NCBI GenBank assembly: GCA_963666595.2
Contig: CAXXSV010000002.1
Span: 393,166 to 425,165 of the forward strand
Reading direction: 5' to 3'
Source of the DNA: Opitutales bacterium
GTDB lineage: Bacteria > Verrucomicrobiota > Verrucomicrobiia > Opitutales > CAXXNP01
DNA length: 32,000 nt
Positions within the stretch are counted from its first letter, which is position 1, and each line of letters begins with the position of its first letter. Of the stretch, positions 24,205-32,000 are shown one piece after another. The notes under the pieces were generated by a model that worked only from the letters and a program-made list of their open reading frames with translations, ran no database searches and was not told where the DNA came from. The translations under genes were made by a program, and so were the position numbers.

Positions 24205-25803
24205 ATGAGTAAAAAAGAACCACATAATCCTCTGGAAGAATTGCAGAAAAATATTCAGGAGGCTATGCGCAACCCAAATTTGACCGTTAGTATCCAGCCG
24301 AAATTTATCCCCACGCCGGAATCTGACGACTCTTCTGACCAGCCGCCCGAAGAACCAATCCCAGCCGAAGAGGTCACGCGGCGTATCCATGAATTCAACC
24401 TCAAGCCACGTGAAATCCGGGACTACCTTAACCGATTTGTGGTCAAGCAACAGGAGGCCAAAAAAGTGCTTTCGGTGGCCATCTGCGACCACTACAACCA
24501 CGTTCGCCAGTGCATTGACCGTCCGGAACTGTTGAACAAGGAATACCACAAGCAAAATATCATCCTCCTGGGTCCCACCGGAGTTGGTAAGACTTACCTG
24601 ATGCGCTGCATCGCAAAACTCATCGGCGTGCCTCTCGTCAAGGCCGATGCCACCAAATTTTCCGAAACCGGCTACGTGGGCCACGATGTTGAGGACCTCG
24701 TGCGCGATCTTGTTAAAATGGCCAACGGCAACTTGGAACTCGCCCAATACGGGATCATTTTTATCGACGAAATAGACAAGATTGCATCCAGCTCGAATAC
24801 TAGCGGTAGGGACGTATCGGGCCGAGGTGTACAGATTAACTTGCTCAAGCTGATGGAGGAAGTGGATGTAAACTTGTTCAGCCCCACCGACATGATGGCC
24901 CAGATGCAGGCCGTTATGGAAATGACCCGTAGCGGCAAGCCGCGTAAGAAAACAATAAATACCCGTCACATCCTGTTCATAGTCAGCGGAGCCTTCGGCG
25001 AATTGGCTGAATTGGTCAAAAAACGCCTTGGAAGCACCCAAATTGGGTTCTCGTCAAAGGTCGATTTATCCGATAAAGACATCTCCGAATACCTCAAGCA
25101 CGTCGAGACACCCGACTTGATAAAATACGGCTTCGAGCCCGAATTCGCCGGACGTCTGCCTGTGCGGGTGGCATGCGAGGCGCTCGACGTCGATGACCTG
25201 GCGATAATCCTTTCAAGCTCCGAAGAAAATATCCTCGAGCAATACAGGCTAGATTTCAAGGGCTACGGAATTGATTTCAAGATCACCCCCGAATCCATAC
25301 AAGAGATTGCGGTGCGGGCATATAAGGAGAAAACCGGGGCACGCGGACTGATGACCGTGCTTGAGCAAGTCTTTCGATACTTTAAGTTTGAACTGCCTTC
25401 CACCGCCGTAAAAACCTTCGAGGTCACCACCGAAACTATCGCCGAACCTACCAAAACCTTGAAGGCTGTAATAAAGGAACACCAGCATGCTCAAGGCGAT
25501 GTCTTGCGCAAAGAGATTGTTGATTTTGCCAGCCGCTTTAAAAATGAACATGGCTTGACCCTCGAATTCGACGACGAAGCCTGCCAGGCGCTCATCGAAG
25601 CCTCCATCGACACCGACCGGACCATTCGCTCATTGTGCGAAGAAAAGCTCCGGGACTTTCAGCACGGCCTCAAGATCGTGGCTCGAAATTCCGACGTGCA
25701 CCGTTTTACAATCACTCGCGCCATAGTAGAGAACCCGGACGAGGAACTTTCCCGCATGGTGGTTCAAAGCTTCAAGGGTAAAGAAAAAGAAAGCGCGAAA
25801 TAG
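24205..25803 (+). CDS. ClpX-like AAA+ unfoldase lacking the N-terminal zinc-binding domain, with a C-terminal extension
   Basis: It aligns by eye with E. coli ClpX from EIRDYLNRFVVKQQEAKKVLSVAICDHY onward. Shared elements are Walker A GPTGVGKT, pore loop GYVG, Walker B IIFIDEIDKI, IGF (STQIGFSS), EPEFAGRLP and sensor-2 GARGL. An in-frame TAA two codons upstream of the ATG excludes an N-terminal extension. Confidence 0.8.
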   Translation: MSKKEPHNPLEELQKNIQEAMRNPNLTVSIQPKFIPTPESDDSSDQPPEEPIPAEEVTRRIHEFNLKPREIRDYLNRFVVKQQEAKKVLSVAICDHYNHVRQCIDRPELLNKEYHKQNIILLGPTGVGKTYLMRCIAKLIGVPLVKADATKFSETGYVGHDVEDLVRDLVKMANGNLELAQYGIIFIDEIDKIASSSNTSGRDVSGRGVQINLLKLMEEVDVNLFSPTDMMAQMQAVMEMTRSGKPRKKTINTRHILFIVSGAFGELAELVKKRLGSTQIGFSSKVDLSDKDISEYLKHVETPDLIKYGFEPEFAGRLPVRVACEALDVDDLAIILSSSEENILEQYRLDFKGYGIDFKITPESIQEIAVRAYKEKTGARGLMTVLEQVFRYFKFELPSTAVKTFEVTTETIAEPTKTLKAVIKEHQHAQGDVLRKEIVDFASRFKNEHGLTLEFDDEACQALIEASIDTDRTIRSLCEEKLRDFQHGLKIVARNSDVHRFTITRAIVENPDEELSRMVVQSFKGKEKESAK

Positions 25804-25824
25804 CTCCAGCCGGACATCCTGTCA

Positions 25825-26523
25825 ATGCCTGAAGGGACTATGGTCGAGCGGATGTTTGCCGACATTGCCGGACGTTACGATCTTGCCAACCACTTGCTGA
25901 GCGGCGGACTTGATTTCTACTGGCGGCGCGAACTCGCCCGGACCGCCAAGGGATGCCGGCCGCAGACAGTCGTCGACTTGGCCACGGGCAGCGGAGATGT
26001 GGCTTTCGCCCTGCGACGGGAATTGGGAGGTGAAGTCGACATAACCGGCCTGGATTTCTGCCCGCCCATGCTTGATCGTGCTGAAGCTAAAAAAAAGGCC
26101 AACCCGATCTACCGGGATATAAAATTTGTATTGGGCGACTGCCACACCCTGCCCATGGCCGACCAGAGCATTGATGTGATTACTCTCGCTTTCGGCTTGC
26201 GCAACCTGGAAGAGCGCGACAGGAGCCTGCGGGAAATGCTGCGCGTGTTACGCCGGCCACAAGGTACGCTTATCGTGCTCGAATTCACCCAACCGGACCC
26301 ATGGTTAAAGCCATTTTATTTCCCTTATATAAAACATGTGCTCCCCCGCTTGGCCGGGCTGATAACCGGAAACATGGAGGCATATCGCTACCTGGCGGCC
26401 AGCATCGCCGCCTTTCCCACCAAGGAGTCTCTTGCGGAAGAAATTCGGGCCGCCGGGTTCAACCATATTACCGCCCGGACAATGAGTTTTTCCACGGTAG
26501 TAATACACTTAGCGCAAGTGTAA
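25825..26523 (+). CDS. ubiE: Demethylmenaquinone/ubiquinone C-methyltransferase
   Basis: MFADIAGRYDLANHLLSGGLDFYWRR, the SAM-binding VVDLATGSGDV, and FGLRN and YRYL motifs are typical of UbiE/MenG. Confidence 0.9.
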   Translation: MPEGTMVERMFADIAGRYDLANHLLSGGLDFYWRRELARTAKGCRPQTVVDLATGSGDVAFALRRELGGEVDITGLDFCPPMLDRAEAKKKANPIYRDIKFVLGDCHTLPMADQSIDVITLAFGLRNLEERDRSLREMLRVLRRPQGTLIVLEFTQPDPWLKPFYFPYIKHVLPRLAGLITGNMEAYRYLAASIAAFPTKESLAEEIRAAGFNHITARTMSFSTVVIHLAQV

Positions 26524-26625
26524 GCTTAACTGTTTCCGTCCTGGACAAGACGGTCGCCATTTCCCTCGAGCGCCCATATAAAAAGCAAACAGTCCTAGTG
26601 AAATTTTAGGGAACATTTCCAGAAA

Positions 26626-27717
26626 ATGGCCGATATTAAGTGTGAAAATGCAAAAACTCTTGCCAGAAAATTAAAAAGCAATAGTATGGAAATAGTGGCC
26701 AAATTTGAACATCTCTTCGACGAAATTCATTATAACCTTGTGCGGACGATCGCCGAGGGCGGTATGGGTGTTGTTTATGAGGCCAAGCAGCTCGGCGTCG
26801 ATCAATTCGAGAAAACCGTAGCCATAAAACTCATCCGGGAAGAGTTTTCCTCCATCAAGGAATTCCAAAGCAATTTCGTGGGGGAAGCTCGCCTGGTCTG
26901 CGACCTCATTCACACCAATATTGTTCAAACCTATCACCTCGGTGAGATAGACGGCCAGTATTTTATTGTAATGGAATGCGTCAATGGTCTAACCCTTGAA
27001 GAATTTCTACTCCAGCACCGGGCTTTGGAGAGGGAAATGCCTGTAGAAATGGCCGTATTCATTGTCTCACGTGTTTGCCGCGGCTTGTCTTACGCACATT
27101 GCAAGACCGATAAAAAAGGCCGTCCTCTCGACATTGTACACCGCGATGTAAATCCGAAAAACATTATGCTCGCCTTCGAAGGCGATGTAAAACTGACAGA
27201 CTTCGGCATCGCTAAAGCGCTCGACCTGATGTATAATGTCGAAGGCGAGGTAATTGCAGGTAAAGACGAATATCTATCCCCGGAACAGGCTCGACGCGAA
27301 GTGACCGATGCGCGCTCCGACCTCTTTCCATGCGGTGTGGTGCTGACCGAAATGCTCATCGGCCGAAATATTTTCGATGCTGGTGACAGCAGTAAAACGC
27401 AAGCCAATATCCTCGAAATGCCTATTCCAGATTTCACAGAGTTGCATTCCGGCATTGACAGAAAGCTGGATGATATCCTGCAAAAAGCGCTCGCCCGGGA
27501 TCGGGACAAGCGTTACCAGAACGCCTCCGATATGCTGGTTGGATTAGAAATGTATATTTATAGCGACGGTTATGGCCCAACAAACGAGAAACTGGCCGAT
27601 TATTTGCGGGATCTGTTCGTAAATGGTAAAGCTTACGACAAAAACTCCAGTCTCAAAGGGAGCTTTATCAATAAACACAAAGACTCACCCGCTGAAAATC
27701 ATATAGAATCTTCCTAA
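26626..27717 (+). CDS. Hanks-type serine/threonine protein kinase, soluble, no sensor domain
   Basis: All catalytic elements are present: Gly-rich loop [16 protein letters not shown] lysine, catalytic loop [17 protein letters not shown], and an SPE (APE-like) motif. Confidence 0.85.
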   Translation: MADIKCENAKTLARKLKSNSMEIVAKFEHLFDEIHYNLVRTIAEGGMGVVYEAKQLGVDQFEKTVAIKLIREEFSSIKEFQSNFVGEARLVCDLIHTNIVQTYHLGEIDGQYFIVMECVNGLTLEEFLLQHRALEREMPVEMAVFIVSRVCRGLSYAHCKTDKKGRPLDIVHRDVNPKNIMLAFEGDVKLTDFGIAKALDLMYNVEGEVIAGKDEYLSPEQARREVTDARSDLFPCGVVLTEMLIGRNIFDAGDSSKTQANILEMPIPDFTELHSGIDRKLDDILQKALARDRDKRYQNASDMLVGLEMYIYSDGYGPTNEKLADYLRDLFVNGKAYDKNSSLKGSFINKHKDSPAENHIESS

Positions 27718-29159
27718 TGAATCCCCAAGGTTTATTCCAGGTCCAAAAGCAGACCCAGTCACTGGTTCTGGCTCCACAGTTGCGCCAATCGCTGAAAATC
27801 CTGCAGACTCCCGCCCTGGAGTTGCGCACCGTCATCCTGGAAGAACTCCAAACCAATCCCTCCCTCGAGGAGCTGCCCATGGAGAATATCAGCTTAGAGG
27901 AGCAAAATGGCCAGGACGAAGCAACAGAGACCACCTCAACCGCCGAACTCGACTTCGGTGAGGACTACCAGGTTCTTCTCCAGCTGGATGAAGACTGGAA
28001 AGAACATTTCACACAAAGTAGCAGTCAAAGCTCTTACACAGTCGAGGACGACAAACGCCGCAAACACTTTTTTGACTCGCTCACCAGCGTAATTTCCCTG
28101 CAAGAGCACCTCATGGAACAGGCCAAGCTTACAGAAGCCTCAGCCGAGGTACTGAGGTGTCTGGAATATCTTATAGGAAGCTTGAATGATCATGGATATT
28201 TAACCACTTCGATCTCCGATCTGGCTTTGCTCTCCGAATTTCCGCTTAAAAAGATGCAGGAAGCCCACCGGTTGCTCAAAACTTTCGAACCGACCGGAAT
28301 CGGCACCGCTGACCTGCAGGATTCCCTGCTGACCCAACTCAAAATCAAAGGCGAAACCCGTAGTCTGCCCTACAGGATTATTAAAGATTGCTTTGACCAG
28401 CTCCTGCGTAGGCGCATACCGGAAATCGCCCGCCGCACCGGTAAAAGCATCGAAGATGTGCAATCAGCCATCGAAAATATCGCCTCTCTCGATCCTGCCC
28501 CGGCCAGCCGTTTTAGTGACGATACCAACCGAATCGTTGCCCCAGACGTCAAAGTCTTAAAAGACGATGGCAACTGGCAAATAATCCTCAACAACGAATA
28601 TATACCTCGGCTGCGACTCACCGAGACCTACAAGATTCTTCTGGCAAAGGGGAATCTTTCAGCAGGAGAAAAAGATTACATCCGTGAAAAAATTCGCTCA
28701 GGAAAATTCCTCATCAATTCCATAGAACAAAGGCAAAACACAATCGAACGTATAACGCGAGAAATCCTGACCTTCCAGAAAGACTTCTTTGAAGAAGGAG
28801 TATCTAAATTGCGCCCGCTGACTATGAACATGGTGGCCGAATCAGTTGGCGTGCACGAAACTACAGTCAGCCGTGCCATTTCCAACAAATATATCGAAAC
28901 TCCTCACGGCCTTTTCGAGTTTAAATATTTTTTCACTCCCGGTTATACCTCGCAGAAAGGACAGGCTTTATCCAATAAAAGCGTCAAGGATTCAATCGCG
29001 CAAATCATCGAATCAGAGGACATTGCCAAACCTCTAAGCGATCAGGAAGTCGTCAAAATTCTTGCAAAACGAGAAATTAAAATTGCCCGTCGCACAGTCG
29101 CTAAATACCGCGAGGAAATGGGCGTCCTATCTACCAATTTGCGCCGCCGCTACAAATAA
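27717..29159 (+). CDS. rpoN: RNA polymerase sigma-54 factor
   Basis: Region I is LVLAPQLRQSLKILQTPALELRTVILEELQTNPSLEE. The core-binding region, an HTH and the RpoN box ARRTVAKYRE are present. The ATG shares one nucleotide with the kinase TAA stop (TAATG). Confidence 0.95.
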   Translation: MNPQGLFQVQKQTQSLVLAPQLRQSLKILQTPALELRTVILEELQTNPSLEELPMENISLEEQNGQDEATETTSTAELDFGEDYQVLLQLDEDWKEHFTQSSSQSSYTVEDDKRRKHFFDSLTSVISLQEHLMEQAKLTEASAEVLRCLEYLIGSLNDHGYLTTSISDLALLSEFPLKKMQEAHRLLKTFEPTGIGTADLQDSLLTQLKIKGETRSLPYRIIKDCFDQLLRRRIPEIARRTGKSIEDVQSAIENIASLDPAPASRFSDDTNRIVAPDVKVLKDDGNWQIILNNEYIPRLRLTETYKILLAKGNLSAGEKDYIREKIRSGKFLINSIEQRQNTIERITREILTFQKDFFEEGVSKLRPLTMNMVAESVGVHETTVSRAISNKYIETPHGLFEFKYFFTPGYTSQKGQALSNKSVKDSIAQIIESEDIAKPLSDQEVVKILAKREIKIARRTVAKYREEMGVLSTNLRRRYK

Positions 29160-29177
29160 GAGAGGTCAGGAGGCAAA

Positions 29178-29612
29178 ATGATGCCGACTCCATCATTCGC
29201 TGATTTACTTACCAATAGCACTACCCCTCTTTTTTTGATTTCCAGCGTTTGCATACTACTACTGGTAATCAATAACAGATATACGCATGTAATAGATCGC
29301 CTACGCAGCATAATTGAATCTGATCCGTCAAACCGGGAAACACAGATTCAGATTTTGTTCAGGAGGGCATCAATCCTCAGAATATCGATTCTTTCTCTTT
29401 GCAGCAGCATCGTCCTTAGTAGCCTTCTTTTATGCTGTACTGTCTTGGATGCTTTTGGTTACGGCGGGAATCATCACATGATAGTGGGCACTCTCCTACT
29501 CGCCTCCACCATTTGCATTGTTTCTTCAGCTGTCACGCTTTGGTTGGACGTTGTCCTGTCACTCAAGGCTATACGCTCTTACCTCAACGCCTGTGAATCA
29601 CATCATGAGTAA
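29178..29612 (+). CDS. Small membrane protein, DUF2721-like
   Basis: A 144-aa protein with 3 hydrophobic helices. LLVINNRYTHVIDRLRSI resembles the DUF2721 N-terminal helix plus NR..R..DR.R pattern as I recall it. A strong AGGAGG lies at 29168-29173, 4 nt before the ATG. Confidence 0.5.
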   Translation: MMPTPSFADLLTNSTTPLFLISSVCILLLVINNRYTHVIDRLRSIIESDPSNRETQIQILFRRASILRISILSLCSSIVLSSLLLCCTVLDAFGYGGNHHMIVGTLLLASTICIVSSAVTLWLDVVLSLKAIRSYLNACESHHE

Positions 29613-29674
29613 TGTACCGTGGCATATCCAAACTAAGAATCACGGAGCGATAAAGTCAATTTGACATTTATCCA

Positions 29675-29710
29675 CTGACCTCTCTGACCTGACTTGACCC
29701 CTTTGAGCTG
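29675..29710. repeat. Four tandem 9-nt units CTGACCTCT CTGACCTGA CTTGACCCC TTTGAGCTG
   Basis: Read directly from the sequence. It contains the 11-mer CCCCTTTGAGC (29698-29708), which also occurs at 11699-11709 downstream of rnr. It looks like a degenerate member of the intergenic repeat family. Confidence 0.55.
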
Positions 29711-29729
29711 CCTGGAAGACAGCCATGTT

Positions 29730-30395
29730 ATGAGCGATATCGTGAAGGGAAATGTGTTTTTGCTGCTCGATGCCAGTGCATCAAAAGTGCAGGTCGGCTT
29801 GTTGCAAGGTGAAGTTTGGCTGGCTTTTCGGGAATTAGAGGAGGAGGCGATCAATTCGATTTTTGACGGCACAAGCGCTTGTCTGAAAGAAGCTAAAATG
29901 CCCTTGGAAGATGTTGCCGGTTTTCTTTTTTGCGAAGGTCCAGGTTCCATCCTCGGCATAAGGCTGGCAGCCATGGCCATTAATGGATGGCGCAGCCAGC
30001 CTGCGCATAGACAGGCTTCGCTGTTCTCATTCCGCAGCCTGGAAGCCGCAGTTGCTTTATTTAAACACATGGGAGAGCCCATGCCGTTTCACATCGTATC
30101 GGAATACCGGCAGGACCGATGGCATCTGGTATCGGTCAATGAGGATGGCGAACGCATAGACATTACCTTGGTCGATACAACCGATCTGAGTAAACTCCAG
30201 GGATCTGTCTATTGCCTGCCCCGGCGAAAAAATGCTCCTGTGCCTCCGGTGTTTATTCATACCCGAGATTATTCCCTATTTGAGCTGCCCCGCGTACTTA
30301 ACTCAGCGAATCTACTGCACAAAATCGACAAGCCCGAGATCTACCTGCCGGAAAAGCCTGTATACGTGAAATGGGACGCCAAAAGACACCGCTGA
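29730..30395 (+). CDS. tsaB: tRNA t6A biosynthesis protein TsaB-like (inactive glycoprotease/M22 family)
   Basis: FLLLDASASKVQVGLL (compare ILAIDTS....VAL) and FLFCEGPGSILGIRLAAMAINGW (compare GPGSFTG.RIG) fit TsaB/YeaZ. The track start at 29694 is TTG and lies inside the repeat array, so the ATG at 29730 is preferred. Confidence 0.65.
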   Translation: MSDIVKGNVFLLLDASASKVQVGLLQGEVWLAFRELEEEAINSIFDGTSACLKEAKMPLEDVAGFLFCEGPGSILGIRLAAMAINGWRSQPAHRQASLFSFRSLEAAVALFKHMGEPMPFHIVSEYRQDRWHLVSVNEDGERIDITLVDTTDLSKLQGSVYCLPRRKNAPVPPVFIHTRDYSLFELPRVLNSANLLHKIDKPEIYLPEKPVYVKWDAKRHR

Positions 30396-30444
30396 ATGTT
30401 ATCTCTGCATCCCATAAGTAATTGAAAAAAAGTGAATTGTGAGG

Positions 30445-31650
30445 ATGATAAAGGCGATGAGCCGTAATTTACCGAGAACAAAGCCGGAACCGGCGCCCGT
30501 TAAATCCGTATCCGATTCCCCCAAGTTGCGTTGCTGGGCCGAGATTGATTTGGGCGTTCTGGAACGCAATCTCAAGCGTATCCGTGCCGCTCTGCCCTCG
30601 CACATAAAATATCTGGCAGTGGTCAAGGCCGATGCCTATGGGCATGGAATGCACCAAACAGTGTCGCGCCTGATGCGCAGCGGGGCCGACATGTTTGCCG
30701 TGGCTAATATCGGGGAAGCGGCGGAAATTCGTGAAATTGGCTCCGGCTGGCCGATCCTGGCGTTAAGTGCTTTGCTGCCGGAGGAGGACAAATATATTTC
30801 GCAATACCAGATTATCCCGACCATTTCGAGCATTGAAGAAGTGGAGCGATTTCGCCGTATAGGGCAAACGGCCGGTAAGCCGATACCGGTTCATCTTAAA
30901 ATCGACACGGGAATGGGCCGCCTGGGAGTCTGGCATGAGGATGCGGTAGCACTTTATAAAAGTATTCGCTCATGCCGGGAACTGGTTCTCGAAGGGATCT
31001 TCACTCATTTTTCCAGCGCCGATACCGATCCTGATTTCGCATTGATTCAGCGTGAACTGTTTCTAAATGCTATATCAAATTTTCCCGATTTGGAACCCGG
31101 GCAACTCCTCATCCACGCCGATAATAGCGCTGGGCTGGAATTTTTCAGCTCCGATAAACCTTTCAACGCGGTGCGCGTAGGGTTGTTGCAATTCGGCGTC
31201 CGCCCCTACCCCGAGTCTTTTCTTGGCCGCGTGCAGGTCGAACCGGTTTTCAGCTTCCACAGCCGGGTCGGCCTGGTCAAAAACCTCCCCTCCGGCACAG
31301 GAATAAGTTATGGCGGCACCTATCGGTTGCGGCGCGACTCGCGTATCGCTGTCCTTACCGCCGGTTACGGCGATGGTATCCCGACAACCGTCAGCAATAT
31401 AGGCGAGGTCCTCATCCAGGGTCGTCGCTGTAAGATTCTAGGCCGGGTGACCATGGACCAGACGATAGTAGATATCACCGATTTGCCGGAAGTGTGCTGC
31501 GGGGAGGAAGTCACACTGATCGGTCGCCAGGGCAGTGAGGAAATCGACGTGACTGTTTTCAGCTCCTGGGCCCAATCCATACCATGGGAAACCTTTTGCT
31601 CAATCACCAAGCGGGTGCAAAGGATTTACCGCACCGATACAGCTGTATGA
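30445..31650 (+). CDS. alr: Alanine racemase
   Basis: The PLP-lysine motif AVVKADAYGHG is present, with HLKIDTGMGRLG, SYGGTY and the C-terminal beta domain. The start is ambiguous between GTG 30439, ATG 30445 and ATG 30457. Confidence 0.9.
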   Translation: MIKAMSRNLPRTKPEPAPVKSVSDSPKLRCWAEIDLGVLERNLKRIRAALPSHIKYLAVVKADAYGHGMHQTVSRLMRSGADMFAVANIGEAAEIREIGSGWPILALSALLPEEDKYISQYQIIPTISSIEEVERFRRIGQTAGKPIPVHLKIDTGMGRLGVWHEDAVALYKSIRSCRELVLEGIFTHFSSADTDPDFALIQRELFLNAISNFPDLEPGQLLIHADNSAGLEFFSSDKPFNAVRVGLLQFGVRPYPESFLGRVQVEPVFSFHSRVGLVKNLPSGTGISYGGTYRLRRDSRIAVLTAGYGDGIPTTVSNIGEVLIQGRRCKILGRVTMDQTIVDITDLPEVCCGEEVTLIGRQGSEEIDVTVFSSWAQSIPWETFCSITKRVQRIYRTDTAV

Positions 31651-31717
31651 CACGAAAAATGTGTCGATGGTCCATAGTCCTTTGACTTCGGTCAGATATG
31701 AGGAGAATCTTTAAAAC

Positions 31718-31741
31718 TCTTGAACTCTTGAACCCTTGAAC
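31718..31741 (-). repeat. Tandem octamer array GTTCAAGG GTTCAAGA GTTCAAGA (3 units, minus strand)
   Basis: The plus strand reads CTCTTGAA CTCTTGAA CCCTTGAA C. The array lies 68 nt downstream of the alr stop and belongs to the same family as 9270-9301 and 15712-15735. Confidence 0.8.
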
Positions 31742-31901
31742 CCCTTTCTTCTCTTTGTGCCATGCCCTGGAATCTTACTAGTCAAGAAAAGAAAGCCCTG
31801 ACGGTTGTCTTTATCCTTTGCGGCCTGAGTCTGCTCGGGTTTATTATTTTTTAGGTCTGCAAAACCCGTAACTGCGGGAAAACAGCGCGCGGAACACGAC
31901 A

Positions 31902-32000
31902 CTAAGAACTGTCCATAACAATCTCGTAACGGTAGTCCTCGATTATCGGGTTGCTTAACAAATCGAGGCAAACCTTGTCGATAGAATCCCGCATTTCGGG
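31902..32000 (-). CDS. purS: Phosphoribosylformylglycinamidine synthase subunit PurS (C-terminal fragment; gene starts beyond the right window edge)
   Basis: Minus-strand translation gives PEMRDSIDKVCLDLLSNPIIEDYRYEIVMDSS followed by a stop (TAG at 31904-31902). This closely parallels the B. subtilis PurS C-terminus (VKEMCEKLLANTVIEDYRYEV). It is too short to appear in the ORF track. Confidence 0.7.
   Translation of the reverse strand, partial: PEMRDSIDKVCLDLLSNPIIEDYRYEIVMDSS

Noticed and set aside
24157-25041. 294-aa minus-strand ORF antisense to the ClpX-like gene. Similar long shadow ORFs are 5399-6151 (antisense to purD), 16748-17449 (antisense to polB), 23395-24108 (antisense to hisS and the HU gene), 9567-10163 (antisense to rnr) and 1358-1840 (an alternative frame within the transporter).
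   Set aside because: Each is fully contained within, or overlaps, a gene with unambiguous full-length homology on the other strand or frame. Their translations are low-complexity and Arg/Ser/Pro-rich with no motifs, which is typical of shadow ORFs in moderately GC-rich DNA.
220-30439. Extended N-termini implied by the ORF-track starts at 220, 648, 5096, 18022, 18084, 18868, 23787, 24116, 29694 and 30439.
   Set aside because: Checking the sequence shows these begin at GTG or TTG codons, or inside the upstream gene in the case of 18868. They add leaders with no homology to the respective families. Downstream ATGs reproduce the canonical family N-termini. The choices remain predictions.
31711-31971. 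86-aa minus-strand ORF (MPRFVKQPDNRG...KGFKGSRVQEF).
   Set aside because: Its 5' part overlaps, out of frame, the clearly homologous PurS C-terminus (31902-32000). Its 3' end is simply a translation of the octamer repeat array. There are no motifs.
1-32000. tRNA, rRNA, tmRNA, RNase P, other structured RNA genes and transposase or IS elements.
   Set aside because: The largest intergenic gaps are under 200 nt and none shows a tRNA T-arm (GGTTCGAATCC-like) or cloverleaf potential by eye. No ORF resembles a transposase. A tRNAscan/Infernal run would confirm this.

Overview
This window reads as about 30 tightly packed housekeeping genes from the core chromosome of a mid-GC bacterium. I infer a PVC-superphylum or Verrucomicrobiota-like origin from a prepilin-type N-terminal protein ending in an FLDGHV motif, sigma-54, a membrane pyrophosphatase and generally weak Shine-Dalgarno signals. 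Recognisable genes, left to right: a partial xerC/D-like recombinase, a small cNMP-binding protein, an NRAMP-like transporter, DUF3179, mpl, purD, an LMW phosphatase, glyA, a pseudopilin-like protein, rnr, an orphan ORF, DUF5069, a DASS transporter, a small membrane protein, an SMP-30 lactonase, family-B DNA polymerase, dapF, a small secreted protein, hppA, a SIS/UPF0309 protein, hisS, an HU/IHF-like protein, a ClpX-like AAA+ ATPase, ubiE/menG, a Hanks Ser/Thr kinase, rpoN, a DUF2721-like protein, a tsaB-like protein, alr and a partial purS. I found no rRNA, tRNA, CRISPR array, transposase, prophage or recognisable defence island, and no convincing novel multi-gene system. Five things deserve a second look. 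(1) A dispersed family of short periodic intergenic repeats, (GTTCAAGR)n octamer arrays plus 22-nt units that flank rnr in inverted orientation. (2) A Ser/Thr kinase whose stop codon overlaps the rpoN start (TAATG). (3) A ClpX paralogue with no zinc-binding domain, a replaced RKH-loop region, a retained IGF tripeptide and a C-terminal extension of about 140 aa. (4) A family-B DNA polymerase with archaeal-style motifs in a housekeeping context. (5) An NRAMP-like transporter whose DPGN metal-binding motif is replaced by GSGE. Several ORF-track starts use GTG or TTG and were moved to downstream ATGs on homology grounds. All product calls come from reading motifs by eye, not from database searches.
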